Shown one piece after another: positions 13,201 through 23,768 of a DNA stretch of 64,000 nucleotides. This stretch comes from Trichinella spiralis (Eukaryota), in assembly GCF_000181795.1 (NCBI RefSeq), contig NW_003526943.1, positions 5,821,806 through 5,885,805 of the forward strand, written 5' to 3'. The notes below the pieces were generated by a model that did no database searches, was not told the DNA's origin, and was given only the letters and a program-made list of their open reading frames with translations. Position numbers and translations under genes: made by a program. Each line of letters starts with the position of its first letter. The stretch's first letter is position 1.

Positions 13201-16200
13201 TTCATTATATGCAGTTATTAAATTAAATAATTAAATTAATGTGCAAATTTAGTTGCATGATCAATTGTTGAAAGTTTTATGTTAAAATTTTAATAAACAG
13301 CTCTATTTTTGCATCTGGAAATATGTTTTAAAAATATACACGTTTTTATATAACTTCAAACTGATTTTAGGTGTTTTCTTTCACTCAAATTGGTCTCTTC
13401 AGCTGGCAAACTTCAACACTTAACGGATGCAAGCACTTGCTTTACTATGTTTTAAACTCTTGCCAATTTTATTGCCCTTGCGTTCGAAGTGGAGATATTT
13501 ATGCAACCCAAAGGCTAATTCAGGGTAAACAGTTTTTCTGTAAAACGGACGGGACTGCTCATATTAGAATACCTTCTTCGGCGGGGACTGTTGTCTAGCT
13601 GTGCTTTGCTAGCTGTCGTACGTTTGCCACCTGAAAGTGGATCGAGATGAGTGAAATGGAAACATCACAACAGAAATTTAGCAAATTGCAAATCTGTTGT
13701 ATTGTAGATATGTTCTATCATTCAACTCGCCATCTTCTCGTGGCAATCGTATGTCATCAAATGGGAAAGGGACAAGACGGCTAATCGTCGTTTACCCTTT
13801 TATGGTACTCAGTCTTCATATGATTTTCGTTATTATGGTCCAGATTATTCTTCATTTTACGTAACTCCAGAAGAGCGATTTTACACCGGTAATCATAACT
13901 TAAATTCATTTCTCTTTTCCCTGTTTCTTTGGTGAGAAAAGCCATATTTGAAGTTTGCCAGCTGAAATGAGACCTGGGATTTTTGTTTGCATTTAAGAAT
14001 ATTGTTTTGCTTAGATGTATTCATTGTCCCAGGTGGCAATTTTCGGCTGGCAAACTTGGATCATTCGCTTATTGAAAGATAAGGCATCTAATGAACGTTA
14101 TACTCCAAATTTGGGAGCTTGGCGTCCAGAAGGTGAAAAATGGAAAGGCTATTTTGAACTAGCCTGGATGACTGATGAAGAACGGCGTTACTTTGGTTCC
14201 TTTAATTTCCAATTTGTTCCCCACTTTTTAAGGTTTATTCTAAAAAAACGTTGCTTATTATCCCAATTTTATTTTTAGGTTTGTTTGTCATTCAAATTTT
14301 GTGCTTGATCTCTGCTTTCTTTCTTCTATTTGGCTCAGTATCGCTCATTTATGGCATCCATACAGTAACACTTATTTGTATTATGTTAATTGTGAAATTA
14401 ATATACAACTTTTTGCAGAACTCGAAGCACCTCGTATGGCCATGGTTTCCGTGTGTGGTATCTTCGATACTTTGCTCAGTGGCTTACTGTATTACCTGGT
14501 GGGCTTCGGTAATTTAACCTGAATCCTATAATATGAACTATTTTGAAAATTACGTAGTCCTTTACTTCCAGGGAGTGGATAATTACTGGCTCATATTGAC
14601 CATTATAGAGTGGTTTTCAGTTATGATAAATGTAAAAAAGTATAATTTTTGTTTTCAGTTTAAAATATAATAGTAATTTTAGCTTTATGCACTTCTATGT
14701 GTCATTGTTCAGTATCGAAGAATTCTTCGAAACTATGACGAATATTCTGAAGAGCAAAAGGTACCTGTCGTAGTTTGGGATGATCAAAATCAGAAGGGAA
14801 ATTTCACTGAAACTAAACTTGGACGTAAGTTTACTGCTTACAATTGCTGCTGCTTGCTTTTCCTATTTTGTTTATCATTGCTTGCTGATGTATCTTGCGC
14901 AGATCAATAATTTTGTTATTATAATTAATAATTAATTTGAAAGTGTAAGAAAAGTAAAAATGGAAATGAATGAATGCAAGTTACAGCTACAGAATAGAAT
15001 TTTTATTTGTTATGTTTGCTATCTATTTTCCTTCTTGGCGCTATCTGCACTTTCGCTTTCAGCTGAGGCTTACTGGAATAAGACATTTGAAGAAGAACCT
15101 AAACCAGCTGTTAAAAGTAATGTTTCTGCTAAAGGACCATCACAGTTTATTGGGACACAATTTGGACAAAAGCAGATGCCCTACCATGCTCAAACTACTT
15201 CTGCTCTTGACGATCCTGGCCATGTGCTAGAACGTTACACGACAGAACCAGGAATTAAAGCGAACGACAGATATGATGCAAGATCATTTACAGCGTTGAA
15301 TGTTGCTACGGACGAAGTGGAATTACCTGCCAAAGAGAATCGTTCAGAAAATGATGTATTCACCCCGTCTGTGCCAATTGCCAAACGGCAAACAGAAGAT
15401 GAAATACTCAGGAGTAAATCAGTGGATGCACTGACAGCCCAACTCGAAGAAAGGGATCGTCGAAGTGTTCCGTATGTGTTTTCCTTATTAAAATATTAAA
15501 AATTGAACAGTAGTATAAATGAACATAAATGATTAAGTTTGTTGCATAATTTCAATTGATTATTATAAGTAGTAGTACTTGCAAATAACAAATAAACGGT
15601 ATGCATAATTAACAGTTTAAAACCTGAATAAATACATTTACATTGATCCTAAATTCTGTGCATTTGCGTTTTTATTTTATCAAACTGTTTTCTAAGCTGA
15701 GCACATGCCATCTGAAAATTAGTATTCATTTTTGCAGTTTTTGAATATTTATTAAATAAAAGTAATTTCTGAGATGACGAAAAAAGAATTGCATATTTTC
15801 AGGCACAGCAAATCTAAAGAATCAATAACAACACGTCACAGACATCGCAGTCACAGTCATCATCGTGGTGATCGTCGAGGAGATTATTATTCTGACGAAG
15901 AGACGGACATTGCTCGCTCTGTTGCTGGAAGTCGCAGTCGAATCAGTGAAACTGATACCGGTTACAGCTGCAGTGACGGTTCCAGAAGGAGCCGGCATCG
16001 TCGTCGTCATCACAGTCACGATGAAAGTGAACGTGGGCATCATCACCGTCATCGACGCCACCGGAGACCACGCGACGTAAAGCGGGATGACAGAGAGCGA
16101 AGTCACAGCAACAACAACAACAACAACAACAATGTTAGCAATGCTAATAACAGACAATCCAGTACAAACAGTTCGCCGGCAGCAGTACAAGCTGGACTTA

Positions 16201-16700
16201 TTGGAATGCCACTGCCAACTTACTCGCCTTATGAAATGGGCGCCGTTCGTTTAGATCCAAATTATGGATTGTCGCAAATGTTACCCAGCTATGCGTTGAA
16301 TCCGGCTTTTAATCAAGCGAATCTTTTGCAAGCGGTGAATCCATCGTACAGTCCGGTCGGTGGAATCCAAGTTTTGCCAACTGGCTTACCACACAATTCT
16401 TCCATTGGTGCCACGAATGCACATATTACTAAACCTATACCTGGTCAAACAGGCAGTCAGCCACAAAAATTTCAAATAAACTCAGAAATATTCATCAGCT
16501 ATAACAATGATCCTGCGAATCAAGCTTCGAGACCCTCTTCCCGACAGCAAGTCATTCAATTACAGCCAGTAGTTGGTGCTGCGAGTCTTGGTTCTAAGCA
16601 GCATTCGCCTGGTGTAGATTTTAATGAAACAATGGAACCTCGAAATTCTAGTGCTGCCGGCAGTGTTGATTCAAAAAGCACTGGTGCTACAGCTGTTTAA
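10298..16700 (+). CDS. Four-TM membrane protein (LAPTM/DUF4728-like N-terminus) with long disordered C-tail and three alternative exon 2 variants, ~636-645 aa
   Basis: Exon 1 10298-10369 (MVGMNPCYCWNLKDGCITVGIWTL). Exon 2 is 13371-13524, 13708-13888 or 14015-14195. Then 14279-14364, 14419-14508, 14572-14631, 14683-14824, 15063-15471 and 15803-16700. All junctions are GT-AG and in frame. Hydrophobic segments include LFVIQILCLISAFFLLFGSVSLIYG, LVWPWFPCVVSSILCSVAYCITWW and YWLILTIIEWFSVMINLYALLCVIV. The tail is H/R/S-rich then P/S-rich. Confidence 0.85.
13371..13524 (+). CDS. Alternative exon 2a (154 nt, Cys-rich loop)
   Basis: ttttag|GTG ... CAG G|gtaaac. Encodes VFSFTQIGLFSWQTSTLNGCKHLLYYVLNSCQFYCPCVRSGDIYATQRLIQ. 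Confidence 0.8.
13622..13666 (+). promoter_or_regulatory. Putative splicing selector b, complementary to 13370-13411
   Basis: gtttgcca-c-ctgaa-agt-ggatcga-ga-tgagtgaaa-t-ggaaacatc pairs in five helices (8+5+7+9+9 bp including G-U) with the start of exon 2a and the G of its acceptor AG. Confidence 0.75.
13708..13888 (+). CDS. Alternative exon 2b (181 nt, Tyr-rich loop)
   Basis: ttgtag|ATA ... ACC G|gtaatc. Encodes ICSIIQLAIFSWQSYVIKWERDKTANRRLPFYGTQSSYDFRYYGPDYSSFYVTPEERFYT. Not in the ORF track. Confidence 0.85.
13948..13974 (+). promoter_or_regulatory. Putative splicing selector c, complementary to 13392-13416
   Basis: ttgaagtttgccagctgaa (13948-13966) is the exact reverse complement of 13398-13416. 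After a 2-nt bulge, gagacc pairs with ggtctc (13392-13397). Confidence 0.8.
14015..14195 (+). CDS. Alternative exon 2c (181 nt)
   Basis: gcttag|ATG ... TTT G|gttcct (weak donor). Encodes MYSLSQVAIFGWQTWIIRLLKDKASNERYTPNLGAWRPEGEKWKGYFELAWMTDEERRYF. Confidence 0.8.
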
Positions 16701-17026
16701 AAACTGCTTATTTCTATTTTTTTATTTTGCTGTTTTGTACTATTTTTCTTACCAGAAAAACATTTATATAATAAAGTTTAACAACAAAATATCAAACATA
16801 TTTGAATTGAATTTTAAATATAATTAAATTTCATGGAAGCTGAAAAGCATTAGTTAAAAAATTTATTGAAAAAAGAAATGACCTACTTGCTTTGCTGCTT
16901 ACTATATCATCATTTCTTTTGTACTGTAAATGACTTATATATGCAAATTCCAAACTGGGAAAAAGGTCAGTCATTTAAGCACTAGCCAAGGCGAAATACT
17001 CTATTTATATTATTTGCACTGTAAAG

Positions 17027-17393
17027 ATGGCAAACGTACAGCAAAGCGCATGCGTAAGTTGTAATGTAAATTTCTCGGTTATTTTTATACTTCCTTTTAG
17101 ATATTTGAAGAATCTCGTGAAGTAATTCATCAAGTTCCTCAAGTTACTGTTGATAAGGACATATACACGCCAGAAAATCATGGAGATACCGCTATTCGTG
17201 TTATCTACTTTGCAATCATCTTTTTGATTTTCTTTTTCTTATTTTGGTTTTATGCTCCAGTTAGTGTTTATAGCAAAATTAAGTTCATCATTTTGCATAC
17301 AGTTTTTTTTTCTAGTTTATGCATGCAATCTTACAAAATGAAAGTGCTAAAACTGAACGTTTCAACCTGCCGTTAAACGATTTCCTAGTCTAA
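17027..17393 (+). CDS. Small single-pass membrane protein, 87 aa, 3 exons
   Basis: Exons 17027-17053 (|gtaagt), 17101-17259 (ttttag|, |gttagt) and 17316-17393, all phase 0. TM segment IRVIYFAIIFLIFFFLFWFYAP. Confidence 0.65.
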
Positions 17394-20300
17394 TTGCTGA
17401 TGAATAGAATTGAAACATTAAAATCATCAAAAGATTATTATAATACGTTCAACAAATGTATTGTTATTTTTGCTCCAATATATACATATGCATATACACA
17501 TATATATTTGTGCATTGTTAGCATTATGCTATCATATTTTATTGCACACATCTTTGAATGTTAAATGATTGTTGAAAAATGTTTGCAAATGAAACTTTGT
17601 TGTTTCAATGTTTAAATCAATAAATTTATTTGATTGCTTTATAAATATTTATCAGCAAAATTATTTAAAATTTAAAAATAAATGTAAAGGGAACTATTTT
17701 AATGCAGAAAAAATTTAACTTTAGAGGAAAAAGCGTTAGAAAATGCAAAAATTTTGCTAATTAGTTAATTACATTGCAGCGAATGATTTTCTGCTTTCAG
17801 GTTGCCTGCTTTTCACGGGTTGTCTCTTATTTTTCTTTCTGTAGCCTGCTTTCTCAGTCCGTTCACTTTATTCATAGTGAATAAGCTCATTGAGTATAAA
17901 ACTCTCTCAGGCTGTGGTAACTCATGCCTTTCACTATTCACACACTAACACAGAATATACTAGAACAATATTGACGGGGAGCGTTCTTTATAAAATCGTG
18001 CTCAGCTCTGTTGTCTCATTGACCTCTCTTGATAAAGGGTCAGCTAGCCATTGGCGTTTAGGACTTAGCATCTGTTTCTGCCATGGTATCTTAGAATGCT
18101 TGTTTCATTGTTTTTGCTCAATTACTGACTGAGCTGAAGATTTAGTGGCAATTAACGAATCAACCAATTATAGTTTAAGCTGTGTGAAGCGTTTTATTCG
18201 TAAATTATTTCTTGGAACTTATTGCCCAAGTTGTCCTGAATTAGGTGTCATTGGTTGCTGACCTATTTCCATAACTCTGGTCACTTGTAAACAAGTTGGA
18301 ACTTAAGCAGTAAAGAAATGAACTGCTACAATGTTAAAGCAGATGTTACAGCACAATTACAATAAATAATTAGTTCTAATTATTAGTCAACAGTTCCACA
18401 CTATAAAATACTAAGATATGTTTTGTCAGTTTTGATATTAGTCTTTACAGATTTGTCATGTAAAAGTTTTAAAGTGAAATAAATTAATATAACATAGCTT
18501 AAGGTTATAATAAAGATGAATATTCATCTTTATTTACAAATTACTTTTAATTCAAATTTAAAATGTCCATCAAAAGTGCTTTATTACTTATGCGTTTTAT
18601 TAGCAGTTTGTTGTTTATTATCAAAAAAACTAGTTCAAACGATATTTGTATAATTTGAAATAAAATAAAATAAAATGCATTTAAAAGTTAAAATATATTC
18701 ACATATATTTACATTCTGAAATATACAAAACATTGAGCAATCAATAAGTATATAACTCTTGAAAATCACACTCTTTTCTACAGTATACGTCAACTTGTTA
18801 TTTAACCTTTCATAATTTTGCGGATCATTATGTTGTTAAGTTCCGATTTTATTTATTGAATAACTGATGCTTTGTTGAGCTCGTGCTTTTAGTAAAATAA
18901 TTCAGTTTTGTTGCGCAACAATCTGCATCACCACGTTGTAAGCATGTTGGGTTTTATTATACATTGACTACAGTTTGATAGTTGAAAGCTAATGTTACGT
19001 GTTTGATTCTTGTTTACAACAAAATAGTGTATACAATGAAATAAAGAAATGAAGTGGTTTGAGTTTTTAAAATATTTTAAAGAAGTCTTATGATACCAGG
19101 TTTGTATAACTTGAATTTATGATTTGTAGGTTATCCTTGTTTAATTGTAAATTTGGAATTTTTCAACTATCATTAGGTTACATTGAGTGGTATCTGTATT
19201 GAACGAAATTTATTTATAATTATATGAAGTATATGTATAGTTAGTTTTAATATAAATAAATCTCAAGTTTTATGATTAATTTGGTTTCCTAAAAAATACT
19301 TTCATGTATTTAATAGTAAATGAATGTTTTAGATTAAGTATGGATAATTATATTATGTTTACATAATAGATGTTTAACTGTTAGATCAGTACGATGTAGT
19401 CTGATTTTTATATAATAGTTGGCATCAGTTTATCTGAAGGTTCTATCAATCGCTTGCTTTAAAGAACTTTGCTTTGTAATTATTCTTTTGAAGCAGTATA
19501 ATTTTTTCACAGAGTATCAAAAAGATCAGCTTCAAATAGTAACCGTGTAATTCGAATAAATTTGAAAATTTATTTTAAATATTACTTTTAAATAAAGTGT
19601 GCATAGTTGCGTATTTCTGAAATTATCATATGCATGTGAGGATGTTTAAAGAATTTTGAACCTTAAGTGAGTGAAGATTCAAGATGGCTGTTGCAATATA
19701 ACTTGTAATGTTTATATTCGAAATAGAAATCAGCAGGCATTTGTTTAGCTTTCATTAGTAATAAAAAGAAAGGGATTCAGTTTATGAGGAGCATTTGAGA
19801 AGAATTTTATATGGAATATTTGCAAACATTTTTTCAATGCATTGATAAGTAATGCGACAGTTTCTGGCAGAAATAAGAAAAGTAATTTTAACAGCAGTAA
19901 CATTATGTAATTAAATGAATTATAATGTATTGTTGTTGACTTTGAATAATTTTTCCATTGATGTTGATAAGCAAGTACGAATGGAATTTCACGATTCATC
20001 AGCAGATAAAGATGAGGTATTGCATGCATTGGTGATGATGTGTGTGGTTCTGATCAGTTGTTTTGAAAAGTGTTTTTTGCTAAAATTTTATCTTTATGAT
20101 AAGAAGAATAATGGAGATGGGGTGTATATTGAAAGAATTTTAATTGTTTGCTTTGATCACTTTTTATTTGTTTATGGTTTATTGAATGAAGAGAAGAAGC
20201 TTGTATGATTTATTGGTTATAAAATCCAATTCTTAATTTGAAAAGCATTTCATTGAAATGAAGCTTATATCTGCTATTTGAATGTTTTTTGAAAATTTAT

Positions 20301-20495
20301 TAGCATGTTGGTTTGTTGAAAGTATGTAAATTTCACTTACTCAAATTTGGAAGTGAATTTTCAACAAACAGTGACGCGAAACAGTTGACGAATACTTGTT
20401 GATGTTGGGGTTTTTTAACGTTTTGTTATTTATTAATTTAGTATGAAGTTATGTTATAATTTGATGGAAAAGCTCTAGTGTTCACGGTTGCTGGT

Positions 20496-23008
20496 ATGTT
20501 ATCATTATCGTCGTCATCAGCATCGTCGTCATCATCTGCATCGTCTTCACGTTCTTCATCCCCTTCACGGTCGTTTGAACTAGCGGACAGTGGTGGTGTT
20601 AGGCATGATGATTGCGCCGACGAAAAGCCGTTGGAGGAGAATTCACTGGAAGAGCTGTTGGAACGTCGACGTTGCATAATGGCCCTGTTGAACGGCTCAT
20701 CGCAGAATTCGACAGACGTTGGTGCAGCAACGATGCCTGAATGTCCTCAGCGGCCGGATGTCAGCGGACAGGCCGTTGCGGCGGGAGTTGAGTCATCGTC
20801 GTCGAGTGGAGTGGCGCCATGTCACCGGCACGGTGCCTTGGCCGAGGAACCGTTGTCGGGTTGCGTGAACGGCGACGTCTATTCGGACAGCGAATTGTAC
20901 CAGATGCTTGAACAAGGTTTGGAAGATTGTAAAAACGCCGGTCAACTAGTGGTGGATACGACCAGTCCGGCGCCGAAGAGGGCCAAGCTCGAAGAGCCGA
21001 AAGCTCTGGTGAAGAAGAAGCACGTGCTGCGTTGGAACGGCGCCGAATATTTCGAAGTGCTTCCGGACGGTTGGATCGAAATTACCCACAAATCCGGACT
21101 GCCGGTGTATTTGCACCGCGAGAGCAGGGTCTGCACCATGAGCCGGCCCTACTTCTTGGGTCCGGGCAGTGCCCGCAACCACGACGTGCCGTTGTCGTCC
21201 ATACCCTGCATGCTGCAGGTTAGGATGAAAAACGAGGCGGCCCAGAACAGGCAAGCCGCTCAGACGGTGGATGCTGATCTGGTAAAAAAGTTGAACATAC
21301 CCGAAACTTACGTGCAGACCATCGATGATTACAACAAGCGCAACGTCAGTGCGGAAGAGTTGCACGAGTATGCTAAAAAGATTTTCGACTTTGAAACAAT
21401 TGAAGGTAGATTTGTTTATTTGAATTTATTTTTTTGAAAAAAATATTATTTTCAAACAGTGAAGCGTTTCAAAAGTTGGGCTGATCATCGAGCTTATCAT
21501 AAAAAGTTGAAACGTGAAAAGAATGAGTTGCTCATGTCGGCTGTAATTACTGGTTACGAAGATGATTTCAGTGATGTTGTTGAACATCAGCAGCAGCAGC
21601 AGCATCAGCAACAACAACATCAACAACAGGTGAAGGAGAAAAACAGTGAAGTAGAGTGGGCGGCGTCCACTACCGGATGCGGTCAGCAGGAGAGCAGCAG
21701 CAATTTCAATTTGTCGTTGAGCAGCCGACCAAAATTACCGCCAAATGTGAAATTGATCACTGTGCCGAATTATAATAATAATCGATCGCTCAAAAAACAA
21801 TTTGTGCTCAATCCTCAAGGAAAAACAAGCATCGCTGTGCTTCACGAATACGTGCAAAAAGTTTTACGAGGTGAAAAAAGTTGATTTTTTCCCACGTTGT
21901 GTTCTGCTTTGTTTGTTTGTTTGTAATCACGTTTGTTTGTTTGTTTGGTAAAGGTCTGGTAAAATATGAATTCAGCGAGACGAGAAATGCGACCAATCCG
22001 TTCGCTGCAGTTGTGAAATTGATCACACCGAACACGAACACCGTCAAACAGACAGGCCCGAGCAATGGTCTGGGTGCCCAGGGGGCGGTGGCCGGCGATG
22101 GCGCCGCCGAAGCGACCGCCGCCGCCCCTTCGGAAATGACCGACTGGGTAACTATTGGCGTGGGCAATGGGAACAGCAAGAAGAACGCGAAGTTGGAAGC
22201 GGCACGCCAAGCGCTCAAGGTGCTCATACCGGGTGTGGATTTCAATTTGGACGGTCAGCCGGACTCGACTGGCGAACAGGACGAAGCGACAAAACTGTTC
22301 GACTTGATCGCCATCAACGATTCCAGGGTTCCTGAATTGTGCAGCAAAGCTGGCCAGCCAATGCCATTCATCATTTTGCAGGTGAGCAATCAATAATATC
22401 AATTAAATTAATTCATACACATAAATACATAGATGTTCAGTAATTTTCTTATTGAAATCTGTGTTCATTTATCAATTTTGAAGGAATGCATAAAGAGGAA
22501 TGCAAGTTTGAGTGCGTCGAAGATCAACATGAACATTGAACGGGTCAAGCATCAGTTGCACGCGTTCACGTTGAGCGTCGGCACGCAAGAGGTGCGTGTA
22601 CTTTGTATGAATAAAAAGGAAGGCAAGCAGAAAGCTTCGCAGGCGATGTTAGAACGTCTGCATCCGCACATCAAATCTTGGGGCGCTTTGATACGGCTGT
22701 ACGGTTACGGTGCGCAGCGTCAAATGAACGCCTCGCGTAAAGAGAAAGCCAACATTGTGAAAATGCAAGCGGAAAGTAAGCAGCAGCAGCAGCAGCAACA
22801 TCGCAGCGGCGCCACTGGCGACGATTGGTCCTCGGCGGATAAGGCCAAACTCTGGCAAAGTATCGAAAAAGGCATGATGAAAGTTTGGTTCAAGGAACAA
22901 GCCAATGGTCATTTGAAGCCGGGTCATTTTTTCTGGGACTACCAGCATCTGCCGTCGGCATCGACATCCACCGCAGCAACTGCTGATGCGCGCAGTGCTG
23001 CCAGTTAG
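20496..23008 (+). CDS. DGCR8: Microprocessor subunit Pasha/DGCR8
   Basis: Exons 20496-21405, 21460-21870, 21954-22381 and 22484-23008. WW region LPDGWIEITHKSGLPVYLHRESRVCTMSRPYFLG followed by HDVPLSSIPCM. Two dsRBDs (GKTSIAVLHEY...KKNAKLEAAR and NKKEGKQKASQAMLERLHPHIKSWGALIRLYG). Start codon uncertain. Confidence 0.93.
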
Positions 23009-23768
23009 CGACGACAGCAACGACATTTATTCCACTCGACCAGCAGAATAGAACGCTCAGTCGCCACCACCACCACCATCTATATCTGTCCATCCGGTCT
23101 ATCTGCTTTATCTTGTGAATTTTGTCTTTTCTTTCACTTGCTTCCACTGCCGCCAATGTTAAGCGCTTCTTCTTCTCACGTCGTTTCATTTTGTTTTCCT
23201 CTTCTTGCGCAAGTTTTTTTTTTCTTGAAAGTAACATCTCGGTTTGGTGCGTTTAAATTGTTTACCATATTTTCGCAGAAGAGATTTCAATAAACTTTTC
23301 GTCATTTTTCATATTTCTTCTCATATGGATACTTGCGAACTGTGAAAAACAACTGAATGAAAAAAAAGGAAATAATTATTTTACAATCGAATTGTACATC
23401 ACCAGAAATCGTCTAAAATTTAAATCTGTACTAAAAATTCATCATACATAGAAAATTTAAAATATTTCTTTACTCATTCAAATAAATATTCTTACTGACA
23501 ATACGGATGCAATTCTTAAAACTAATTAAACAAAACTTTCCATCTAAAAGTATTTCAAATTTCAACGCATGCGCTGCATATACATATACTCTCAGTAAAT
23601 AAAAAAGCAATAATATCGATGCTAACACGCAAACATGCATGTAATCGTCAAGTGATGAAATTATAAATGTGCAGTTAATAAAATAATATATTATAGTATA
23701 ATCGTGCAAATTTATGAGTGATCCTCTACAGTTGAATATGCCTGGATGTTTGAATGCAAAATTATCGT

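Noticed and set aside
17790..18310. Moderately GC-rich stretch resembling a decayed coding region
   Set aside because: Multiple stops in the frames examined and no identifiable homology by eye.
19981..20016. MEFHDSSADKDE|gt as a first exon of pasha
   Set aside because: Phase 0 donor does not fit the nearest acceptor before the pasha ORF, which is phase 1.
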